64,000 bases of DNA from the NCBI GenBank assembly GCA_036172245.1, contig JAYWIR010000015.1, forward strand, positions 3,968,001 through 4,032,000, written 5' to 3'. Each line of letters begins with the position of its first letter. Position 1 is the first letter of the stretch. The notes beneath the pieces were generated by a model. It made no database searches. It worked only from the letters and a program-made list of their open reading frames with translations, and had not been told where the DNA came from. The stretch is from Raillietiella orientalis (Eukaryota). Both the position numbers and the translations under genes were made by a program. Positions 25,340 to 36,049 of the stretch are shown in pieces.

Positions 25340-27680
25340 ACTTGGGTCTTGATAGGCATAGCAGTTCCAGTGGGTTGGTCGATGTCTCCTTTAAATAGAC
25401 TGTTTCATTCTGATTCCCGTAATTACCTGGTTTCGCGATTGCCCTTTCTGAAGATGTACATTCCAGTATCTTTGTATCTTTTGGTGATCATGAGTCTGTA
25501 GACATCATTCTACTAGTCTACAGACTAGTAGAATGATTCTGCAGTCAGCCTTCGCAAACCGGTTCCACCTACTGACTGTCTCTTCAGACTAAGTGCTTCA
25601 CGTGGGTCCTCAGGTACATTCCTTGACCAACTAAAGATATGTAATAAGTCTTTCTGTTCCAGGATGCCCACTGTGGATGCGTATTTGATGTGCCTTTCAT
25701 TTTGTCGCAGCTTCTGTGTGCATTCGAGATCTATCCTTGTATCATGCATCCGAAAAACTCGTTAAATGCTCAATAGATCCCTCGTTTACACTGCTTGGTC
25801 CATCCTCCATTGCCGGCATTTAAGTATTAGGATTCCTTGGCGGGGCATCGTTTCCCCCGTTTGGGGATAATTTCCTTGCTTTACTCTTAGTCCGTCAGCT
25901 GCCTTTCATATGAGTGCTCAATATCTACGCTGAAGATCACTTTTGCAATAGACTTTCGAACCTATGCATCTAAAAAAGCATCCTCCGCTCCCAGTCTCTT
26001 ATTATTTTTTTTGCCTGTTCTTCTGGATGACTGGATGAACCTCTTTCGCGAGACTATTATTTCTCAAAAGCCTTTGCTCAGGAATCCTAGGAGCAGACAA
26101 CGCAAAGGGGCTCTGCTCCAGTACAGCTTGAAATGCAGGGAAAACTGAGAGTAGGTGCTGCACCTTCGCAGGAGCTGTAGCGAGAGCTGAGGCATACACT
26201 ACAGCCACTCTTAATGCCCCATTCCGCAAGTGAAACGGACTCAGTTGCCGTACCCTGACTGTCTTTGAGAGTGTCGGGTTCCATCGCGCACGTCCTGTAA
26301 GAGAAGACAAAAAGTACATTGTGATGCAGAGCTTCTCACATCAAACATCTCATCGTGGCAGGCAGCCATTAAGTTGACCAACTGTTAGCTATGAAGGTAA
26401 TCAGCTCCACTTCCTTCTTCAGACTCTTGGTCAGAAATGGTGATGTGTTTTCCAGAAGGATGCTTTAGTAGCCATTAGTAGAATAGCTGTTGCAAACATG
26501 TATTCAGATTCTCTGCATCCTTGAGCTCTTTCATAGAAGTATCCGACAACGGTTGTTGAACTGGTGCACATTTAGAATCTGCATCTGGAGCCATAGTCCA
26601 GTTAGTTGGTGCGAATCACTTCATCATTTCTTGGATTCTTCTCCGTCCAGTTTTTGACACCCTGTGCTGCCATTCTGCTGTGTTCAGTAGCATGCGTCGG
26701 AGTTGTCTTTCAAAGCAGAGGCTGATAGGGAGTGCAAGAAGAAGGCGTGTGTTCCTCAAATGACCACTGTTTCCGATTCTCGTATTTCTTTGGAGATCTT
26801 CACTGTGTGTTCCAGGGGGTCTTGACTTGCGTGTTTCATGCAGATAGTCGTCGTCCATTTGATTGCAGTCCATATTTTTATGCTCTTGACAGTCTCCAGG
26901 ATCAAACTCTTTCCCGACACTTTTATGTGTTTTGCCATTTCATCTCTCAGCCACCGCGTTACATCTAACATTTGTTCCACGAGCGTGTAATCGTATTTGT
27001 GGATCTTTTGCTATTTTGCTGGGGCCTGTTCTTGATCTTCCAGCTTTCTATAGTGCCTTCTTGATGCGTATACTTATCTTGCCCACCGAGACACTCCCTT
27101 ATCTGTTGCTCGCAGCTTCCGTGTCGTGGATGCAGTCCACATCTGCTCCTTCCTCTTCAGGTATAACCGTTCTGAGAACTTTGTCGCTGTCCTCCTTGTG
27201 CTCTTCTAAAAAGATGGCGAAGTCTTTTCGCATCTCTACACGCCAATGTAGTAGGCCGATGCGCTTGGCACGTCTTTGTTCCGGTTCAAAACTGCGGTCT
27301 GTGCAAACTGACATTTGAAGCCAGGATCGTTGTTCAATCGATTTCCGGTAGGAATCCAAACCTGTCTCTCAGCAGCTCGTAAACGGATAAGGGTTGCTTT
27401 TCTAGAGTCCTTCGGGTCATGGTAACTTGGCATTCTTTGTACTTCAGCCCTTTGATGGTCAGCTTTGGATGAGCTGGAGCTTCATAGGTGATCCTTTATT
27501 TAAGTCACCTCCACGTTGATCGAGCACGAATTTTGATGTCGTCTTTTCTGGCGTCTTGCTCGAGCGGAATTTTCAACGGTGGACTTTGCATCTGCTGACA
27601 ATGTTTAGACGACTCCATAGTATCGCTCAGAAAGATTCCGAAGGATATTCCGTCCTCTGTAGGAGCAGCCAGCGCCTTGG
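25340..27680 (-). pseudogene. hAT (Ac/ZBED-like) DNA transposase relic
   Basis: Collinear decayed motifs across frames: possible BED finger (HCQQ...HP), KIWTA, LSDTSMK, MFATAILLMA (CxAHxLxL), ELITFIANS, RARWNPT (TRWNS), HLLSVFPAF, FLD-RFE (LDPRFK), EDP, CTSSERAIAKPG (SxxSERxFSxAG). Many stops and frameshifts. Confidence 0.6.
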
Positions 27681-28049
27681 AGTTCTTAAAGTTATGAATA
27701 TTTCCCATGTCTGGCCATATTACTTTGCCTCCCTCATCCACTGCTCCTAATGCACCCATTGTAGGCGCATGTGACGTTTCTGTAGAAACGCTGAGCAAGA
27801 GATCCGGACACCTGTTAAGAAATCTACTGACTTTCTTGTTTCTCCCTTTGGAGATATTCTTCATTTTAACTTCAAGTGTAGTTATGCATCCGCCTACGTG
27901 CATCAAAGATAGCTCTTGGAAACACATTTCGGAAGCCTCAACATCCATAGCATACCATCCTGCCGTGGGTGATATTCTGGGTATTCATCTCGCCTTATTG
28001 GCTGGTTACCAGGCGCCGTCTGCTCCAAAGATAAGGAACGGCAGTCTCC

Positions 28050-29240
28050 TACTGATGTGGTAGGTGTTCTTTTGCCCTAGTCGCAGTGGAGAACAAATTC
28101 TTGGGAGGCCGGATGACGGGCAATCTGGTGGACGCCACTGCTTCTTGTTCCCAAGCGGAGAAACTTCGTCGGTGGTGAGGACTGTTGAGGAGCGCTTTCA
28201 CCTTCCCCGAAGAAATAGAGGCTCCTCCCCCTGTCTGTTTTCCCTGCTTTCCTTCCAGCTTTTTTTTCTTCCGGGTTTTCGTTAAACGCTGAAGAACTGC
28301 TTCCTTCCTTGAGGGGGACTCACGAAGCTCTTTGGCACCGTTCTTCCACGCCACCTGAGAATGCGGGTAACTCTTCAGGTTACATGGAGTAAACTCAGGG
28401 ATGGACCACCCCATGAACTCAGGAAGGCTCTGAAGGAAAAAATCCGTTCCTCTTGCCCTTGGTAAGAGAAGGAAACCTCTCCCTAATTCTCTCCAAAGAG
28501 ACCTCCTGCTTTGTGGTAGCCGCCCCTCATTTCTTCTCTGGAGGAGAACTCGCAAAGGAACCGATTCTTTTTGTTGCTCCTCCGAAGAGAATCCCAGAGA
28601 GATACTCCCAAATTTCTCTGAAGGGCGCCTCCCAAATGGAGTATCTCACTTCCCACACTGGAGAGTCAACCCCCTGAGGAGGGCATCAGCCAGCTCCATG
28701 GCACTACGGCTCCGTTTTCACAACCGGAGGGGAACCCCGAAGGAAACCGACTCCTTGATTCTGATTCCTGGAAGGAACCCCTAGGGTCGACCTTCCAATC
28801 TCGGCCAGTCATCGGGGGCACACGCACGCCTCATCCCGCAGGGTGACTCTGAAACCCACGAGGCACCCATTTCTCGGTGTCGATCCTTCCCAAGTATTCG
28901 AACCCACAGCACTTGGTGTCACATGTAGAGACCTTGGCCGCCCTGCCACCGACGCGGATAGGACGGATGTCCTTCGTGTCTGAACACTTCCGTGTTCCTG
29001 CCGAATTGGAAGTGAGGCTGCGCCGCTGTCTTTGCCCTGGAGTTTTTCCATCTCCATTCTTCTTCAAAGTTTTGTTCCAGGTACAGGGGTGGTGGGATCG
29101 TCCCTGAACCTCTCGATCCGCTGCGATGTCCTCGAGGAGTTCCGGAGGAGGTCTCTTTAGGCTCTCCGCCGCCCAGAGGACGCCGCGACGAACTTGCTGT
29201 GGTGTTTCTTCGCGCACAGCGGGGTTCTCTTAGGCGCGAT
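28050..29240 (-). pseudogene. Degenerate non-LTR ORF1 (gag-like) relic
   Basis: PPPELLEDIAA (cf. VPPELxDEDI), IRVGGRAAKV followed by a Cys-rich stretch, then a basic low-complexity tail as in the other ORF1s. Confidence 0.4.
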
Positions 29241-29242
29241 AA

Positions 29243-29845
29243 TTTTACACCCGGTTGCACCGGGGAGTTTATTTCTCTTACAGGGATCGATAGGAGGCAA
29301 AAGATTCACCGATTCCAATTATTACACTAAAAAAAGGGGCGGGAGATGGCGAGGTCCATCATGCCCACGAAGGGGAAGGGGTATGAAACAAAAATAGAAA
29401 AAAAAAGGAAACAAACTACAACAAACAAAAAACTAAAAAAAAAAAATATTGTTTGGAGAGAAGGAAGGGGATCACATTTCGTGGGGGGTGAGGCCTCTGC
29501 ATCCGTTGAAGGATGTCAGCAAACTCCTTCTTCCTTTTCAGGTGATGCCACCTCGAATCCATTCGCAGGAAGCGGATGGAGTGCAGGGCAGCTCCCCTAT
29601 AGCTCCCGCCTCTCGGCGTCGCACTTCACCGCGACCACACCGCGCACGCAGCACAGAGCTGAGATTGCGGCTGAGAGCGTCATGGAGCCCCGCACGAAAA
29701 GGAACCTCAACGAGGCTCTGGGATCGTCCACGGGGTGCGAAAAGGACGCAGAGAGACGTTCTCACAAGTCCCTCCGGGACTTGGGGAACATTTGACGCAC
29801 TGCACTAAGAGGTGGGAGAAGGTCTCTTCCTGCCCGCACCCACTC
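29243..29845 (-). mobile_element. L1/Tx1-like 3' fragment
   Basis: GCGQEETFSHLLVQC finger remnant, T-rich UTR, terminus AATAAActCCCCGGtgcaaCCGGGTGTAAAA at 29243-29273. Confidence 0.7.
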
Positions 29846-29847
29846 TC

Positions 29848-30880
29848 TCCCCTTAAAGTGTAAGGAGTCGCCGTTGATGCTGCTGCAATGGGGCTTCCCG
29901 TGCGACGCTCACCGGAATCATTAGACAAGGAGGTGAAGGGCGGACCCAAACTGTGCAAGCTGCGGGGAGCGGGAATCCATCCTGCACCTTCTAATGGACT
30001 GTGTTGTCCTCCGAACCCTTTGGAAATGCTTTGTCGCGACCTTTGGAACCCACGGCGGCAACGTCAGAGACGTTGGACCGCCTGTTCCTGCGCGACTCCC
30101 TCACGCCGGCCGCATCCCTAGCAGCACTTTGGTGCCCAACGGCGGGATCGTGGCTGCATGGAGCAACTCCCGAGGAGGCCAGTACGACAGGGATACCATC
30201 TATTTTGCTGTCCTCTTCATGAGGATGGCATCAAGATGGCCCCATCTGGGAGTCTTGAAACAGGAACTTGCCGGCATCCTTACAAGGATGCAGAAGACAC
30301 CCTCCCGCACACAGGGATCCTTTCCCGAACCCCCCTTCTATCTTCTGACTGTATGTTTTTGGTTTTGGTTTTGTTCTTTTTGTTTACCTGCCCCTCCCCT
30401 GTGCTGCCAGGGCGAACTCCTCTGGCCTGCGTGCCATTTCCCGGCAGGTTCCTTCTCGTATTTCTAAGTAACGTGAAGGATCAGACGTCCTGATTGCATG
30501 GGGGGAGGAAGCGACTACGAAACCCACGACGCACCCCTATTCTCGGCATCGATCCTCCACATGGGGATTTAACTCGCTTGAATGCTTGGTGCCACGCGAG
30601 GAGACCACAGCCACACGGCTGCCCCCAGGGTGGAAGTGTCGACAGTGAAATGGTACAGGGGTTTTGCAAGTTCATCAATCATCTGAAGAAGGGAGAAAGG
30701 AAGCAAGAGTAATCGGTACTCGTTGACGCATCCAGGATGTCAAGGCGCACCTCCAAGCCAAACATCCGCTGTCGGAGGCTGCAAAGCTGTCCCTCCAGCT
30801 GAGATTCGAACCCGCACCATGAGCAGAAACCGCAGCTACACGGCCGCCATCTCGAGCAAAAGGGGAACCGAGTTCTTTTT
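29848..30880 (+). repeat. Direct duplicate of ~1515-2555 (Tx1-like 3' end + two tRNA-like units)
   Basis: Long near-identical stretches; ORFs 2166-2384 and 30494-30712 differ by one residue, and the junction between the retroelement UTR and the tRNA-like block is the same. Confidence 0.95.
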
Positions 30881-31867
30881 CAAGAGGCTGCTTTCCGCTC
30901 GAGATTCGTGACTCAAAAGCTCATCTTTGTCTCACCTTGATGGGCTGGGTCCGTAACGTCCAGCTCAGAACATTTCCTTGGTCTAGGTCTGCGCCTCGGG
31001 ACTCAAACTCGAACATCGCTCTTCAATCCACTGTTTAGCTAGCGAGTAGCATCCACAGTGGATGATGAGGATTCTTCATGACAATTCAAGTGTCACCATT
31101 TCGCTGCCCGGATGAAGCACCGGATTTTGACTTCCGTGTTCTGAAAGAAAGTTTCCATTGGAGTTTAGTACTTGGATACATGAAACGCACGCGCACTGCA
31201 GCTCACGGTGGCCGGATCCTCTTCTGACCGCCTGAGATGCCCGATGAAAGTTTTCTTCCACGAAAGCGCAGCCAAGGAAAACACCATGCAGGAATGTCTC
31301 CTGCCTTTCTGATCACCGGAGATGGTCTGGGCTCTAACCTGAGATGGATGCACATTTTCCGGTGACATCGCTGCTTTTCTTGTTTCTTACCTCCGCTCAC
31401 CGCGTTTTGAGTGAACTTGGGTCGAGGTCAATCTCCAGCGACACTGCACGCTCGTGCGAGCAGGGGCAGCAACCCTCACGTGCTTCATCACGAGAACAAC
31501 CAGTACCCTTCCTCAGCTGTGAACGCTCTTCCCGTGCAAATAGTGATCCGATAGCGCACCATTCGCACCATTCCCTGTGGCTCCCCTTCAGTGCTTCCGT
31601 CGCTTCACCCCACTCGGACAGCCACCGTTCCCCACGCTGCTGTTACTTCAAATACCACACTAGTTGGACTAGCTGTTACACTGGCAGCTCATCCGGACCA
31701 TGTGGTCTCAGAGAGGATCAGAACCGCATCGTTCTCTCGGTGCTACCCGAACCAATGGATGCGAATTCGAGTTCCCTGCCGGGCGCCAGACTGCACGAGT
31801 CCCTAGCTCTCTAGGACCCGTTCCCTGGGAATTGTCCCCAGTCTCAGTGGCACTCCGTCCAGGCGAC

Positions 31868-33333
31868 ATGATCCTCGCAGTCTTGCACAACTTCATCCCA
31901 ACGAACTCTCACTCTTCCGGAGCAAGAGACCCGTCTCACCCACGTGGAGGTTTCGACGCTTCGCCCAGCCGCAGTTCCTCGGATGACGGGTGAAGGGGGC
32001 AACCCATGATCGGAACCCTGGAAAATCGTCCATTTCCTCCTAATCCTGCTGAAGCAGTCGTTCCTGGAATGAGACGATTCATCGCCTCGTTCAAGGAAGC
32101 GACGATCGATCTTCCCATAGCCCCTATCCTCCTTCCCTCCTTCCCATACTTCCCTCATTGATGATCCTTCCCACACTTCCCATACATATGGCTCCCACTG
32201 AACCGCTCATGAGTCGTTCACTGGGAGCCGATCGATGCACAGTGGGGGATTATCTGGAGCACTAGGGATGCTGGGAGCAGTGCGCTCCATTGACTAGAGG
32301 GAGTGAGGATTTTTGAAAAGCAGATGAAGTGTACGCGAATTCGGGAAGCGAGGGGGTGAGGTGGGGAGGAGTGAAGCGGTGGCGGGCGTGCTCTGCGAGC
32401 GAAGAGGGGATGCCTACTGAGCGCAGGAGGTTGCTGTGGGGTGAGCACTCCTCGGCAACTGTGTGGAGGAGCCTTCAGGAGATTCTGCCATTCGCGAAGA
32501 AGCGAGGTTTGAGGAGCAGATTCTACTCTGGCCAAACGATCTACGTCGAGACTTTGGCGCAATCCCGACGCAGAAGCAGGCAAATGAGGATGCGACTGCG
32601 AGTGGATACCACTGCTGCTGCAGTCACCGACCGAATACCAGTGGCTGCGGTAGTAACAGCACAGGAAGCAGCGGGTATTAATGCCTTACTCGACCCACTA
32701 CTAATGAGATGAGACAAGGAGTAGGGGCAGCGAGCGACGGAAGAAAGAAGAGTGTGCAGGCGAAACCTGCAACCAAAGTTTCATTCGAGAAGCATCGATC
32801 CATTGGAGAACGCTCCTTGCTTCCTGAATTCCTTCGGCCTCCTGAACCCTGGATGCTTCGCGTTTTCCATCAATTGGGGCGCGTTTGAGACCGAGTCTGT
32901 TATCTCTGCACAGCCATTCAGCTCCGACAGCCTCCCGTTCTCCTCACAGCTCGCATAGTCGAGCGATGCCTCTCTCTTCCTCTTAAGCGTTCTTTTAAAT
33001 ACTCCCCGCCTTGACCCCCTGACCTTGGAATTTCGTTTGCATCTGTACACGGCTCACGTCTTCCGAGGGGTGGAAAGGGTATGGGAAGATCGATCATCGC
33101 TTCCCTGAATGGGGCGATGAAAAGTCTCATTCCAGGAACGACTGCTTCAGCAGGATCAGGAGGAAATGGACGATTTTCCAGGGTTCCGAGCATGGGTTGC
33201 CTCCTGCACCCGTCATCCGAAAGACTGCGGCTGGGCGAAGAGTCGAAACTGCCACTTGAGTGAGACGGGTCTCCTGTTCCGGAAGAGTGGGAGTTCATTG
33301 GGATGCAGATGAGCGGGACCGCAAGGAGCATCC
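31868..33333. repeat. Inverted pair of ~255-bp segments (31868-32125 and 33073-33333), possibly decayed BIR domains
   Basis: Opposite-strand ORFs nearly match (MGRSIVASLNEAMNRLIPGTTASAG vs MGRSIIASLNGAMKSLIPGTTASAG). Another frame reads R..WTIF...GLPP.P....AAG...VRRVSCSGRV...WD......EHPAWAEWC. The repeat is certain; the BIR call is weak. Confidence 0.75.
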
Positions 33334-33829
33334 TGCCTGGGCAGAGTGGTGCAGATCAGAAAGGAGTCCTTGGTTTTTCAGAGGCGCCTGTGTCGTTATT
33401 CTTCGCCTACCAATGGTAGACCCTCGGTACATGGGATGCTGCTCACCTCTAAATCCGTCAGCGCCCAGTAGAACTCATCTCATGTTTCCTGAAGGGCGGT
33501 CGTGGTACAACACTTGGCAGGTCAAATGACGTTTCTTCCTTCATCACTTGGCTGCCTGTCACGCGCTATCCATCCACGTCACGGCTGCCGCGGTCTCAGC
33601 GGCATCACGCTGAGAACACGCAGCTCATCTACTCGAACTGTGCAAGCAACGTGAGCTGGCCGTCCGCAGCGTTCGCATTCTCACTCCGACGTCAACTCCC
33701 GTTTCCAGGTGCTCATCGTTCAAGCTGTTCCATGCGTCCGCTCGTCGCATTACCTTTCTATTGAAATCGGGTAGCCTTGCGGCAACGGACTTCTTCCTGA
33801 GACAAAGTGAGTGAGCAGGTTCGCGATCA

Positions 33830-35131
33830 GTTCCCGTTTCCACGCCCCCTCTCCCCGTTTTGTGCACCATCACGACTCACTCTTCGGCATGGCGCTGGCA
33901 GTAGCAGTGGAGGACTCTTGTCGTTGCTGCTGCGCTTCCGCCACAGGATGCGGGGATTGGATTTGACTTGCCTCCGAAGCAACTCGCTTCTGGAAGCCTA
34001 CCCGTGGGCTCCTGCAGCCCAACGAACTTCGGTGCCTGGCGGCAGGAAGCGGTTGTGTCGTGGGCTGCAAACCAGGGAATGCACACCCACAGAAACTTCG
34101 TCCCCTGCGGCTTTTCCTCAGCCGTATTTTTGAAAGCAGGACTCGCCGAAGTAGTTGACCCTGGTCTCCATGCCCCTTGCCGTGGCGCTGTCTGTCCCCG
34201 GAGCAAGCGAAGACAGTTGCCCACCGGTGGGGAGGAGTTCTCCTGCAGCATTGCGGGAAAGCGGATGGAAGACACGCAAACTGGTGGAAGCCGCAGCTCC
34301 CCATATCCAGACGAAGAGTGAACTCCTGAGTGCCGACCCCGAGGGACTCGTGGTCCCTCCCCAGCAGTGCAGAAACAATAGCACAACCTGTCTTTCTTAA
34401 AGCAAACATTTCAGTTTGAGTTGCAAACAGGCTGCCCTGCTGTTTGTGCAATGGAGGTTCCCAGTGCAATCAGCGCCTGTTTCCGGGGGAACTGACTCCC
34501 CGAACTGTGCCAGCTGCGGGTCTTGGACTTGATCCCGCACCTGTTTTTGGACTGTGGTGGCCTCCAAGAACTGTGGTGGAGGTTCGCGCAGTTCTGGCTG
34601 TCAGTGCTCTGAACCAGGATGACAGCGCCCGTGACCTGCTGCGGCAGTTCTTCCCGCGTAGCGGGCTCTCGGCTGCTGCAGTCATCGCGGCGACGGGCTG
34701 CGTCTGCGCCATCGTCCACAGTCCACCATGTCTTGCAGACGCAGAAGCAGCGAAGGGAGGCCATTATAATGGCAGCTACCTACATGAGGACTGCCGTTAG
34801 GTGACCTCACCTGGAAGAGGAAGTAAGCACAGAGATTCCATCCCCTCTCCTTTTGTTTTTTGTTTTTTTTTTTGTGGTCCCCTCCCATTCGTTCTGGAAC
34901 TTTCCCGTTTTTTTCATTGCTCAGGAAGGAGTGCTACTAAAGATCATTGCCAACTCCCTCCCGTATTTCCATATTTATTCGTTGTCTCTTTGCTCCTTTC
35001 GGACTCTCAGAGGTTCCGACCTGCGTGCCTATGGACTCCTCGCCCTGAAATTCCTTTGTTTTCGGTAGAGAACCAGCGTGTTTCCAAACTGGTTTGTTTT
35101 TTTCGAATAAAGCCCCGGCATGACCGTGTGA
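33830..35131 (+). mobile_element. L1/Tx1-like element, degenerate 3' part (B-type C-terminus)
   Basis: SALNQDDSARDLLRQFF...AVIAATGCVCAI matches SALLHQGDTARDLMRRFF...AVIATVCCTSAI of element B; GACCTGCGTG in the UTR; terminus AATAAAgCCCCGGcatgaCCGTGTGA. Confidence 0.75.
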
Positions 35132-36049
35132 TCGATCTTGACGGACGCTGGGCGTGTAACGTCTTTCCACTCCAAGTGAGCAGGCCGACTGCGCAACGCC
35201 TCCAGCCATCGGCGCTCGCTTTGCTTCTTCTTGAGTGTGACTCTGCCACCACTTTCGCTTCGCTGGTGCGTTGGCGGCGGGAGGCCGACCGACCTTACCA
35301 CTAGAGAGTCGTTTGACTGCAATGCCAGCGTGCGTTAAATTCCCGCACATTCCCTCGAGCCACTTTCTGCCGAGCGCCTCGCAACTCGTGTTGCGTTTGC
35401 CGTTAGGTTCCCTGGGGAGGGCGCCAGCCAGCAGCACGATTGGATTCCGCTTTCGGAGCCGTGTGATGGCAGTGCTCCCACTGAGTGCTGTGTACCCTGA
35501 AGCAAAGGTGCATGCGCCCCTAAAGGATGGGCGTGCCATTAGCGGTTATCAGACGAAAGAACATCGCTTCCCACATGGAAACGGTGTTTCTGAAGTGATC
35601 CAGCCGCAGTATCACTCTGGAGCTCGGTAGAGCGGGAGTGGATGCTCACCTGCAGGAGCCTCGCTTACAAGGCGATGTCTTCCGCAAAGCAGGATGCTCT
35701 GCTCGCGAGGTTGCAGCCGCGGCTTTGAATGGTTCTGTGGCGGCCTGCGTGCGCGCCTGTGGATGCATTTGCCTGCTCTGTGAGGAAGCTGGGCTTGCAG
35801 CACAAGCGGGATAAATGATTTGCACACCCGGCAGGGGTAGGCAAGACGAATGCTTATCGCTGGAAGCTGCGAGAACCTCTTCGAGCTCGACTGCAGGCGG
35901 TTTCCAGCTTCGGGCGGCAAGTAAAAGTCCTACAAAAAAACATTCTGCCCATGTGGTTGCGGTTGGGAGTTTGCAGAGTGCCAAGATGCGCTTCTGCAGT
36001 GATGCTGCTTCCGCTCTTCGCATGCAGAGCTGCAAGGCAAAGCGATCTC

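Noticed and set aside
24300..28050. A-rich broken minus-strand ORFs as an endogenous RNA-virus gene; AMDVEA...QELSL near 27940 as a DEDD exonuclease
   Set aside because: No RdRp motifs were found, and collinear hAT motifs explain 25340-27680 better. The exonuclease-like word is a single unsupported motif.
31450..33700. C2H2-like remnants (FLSCERSS..SD..AHH..H; GLAVTLAAH; FLHHLAACHAL) as the N-terminus of an RLE element
   Set aside because: Key Cys/His residues are missing and no linked RT is present; too weak to call.
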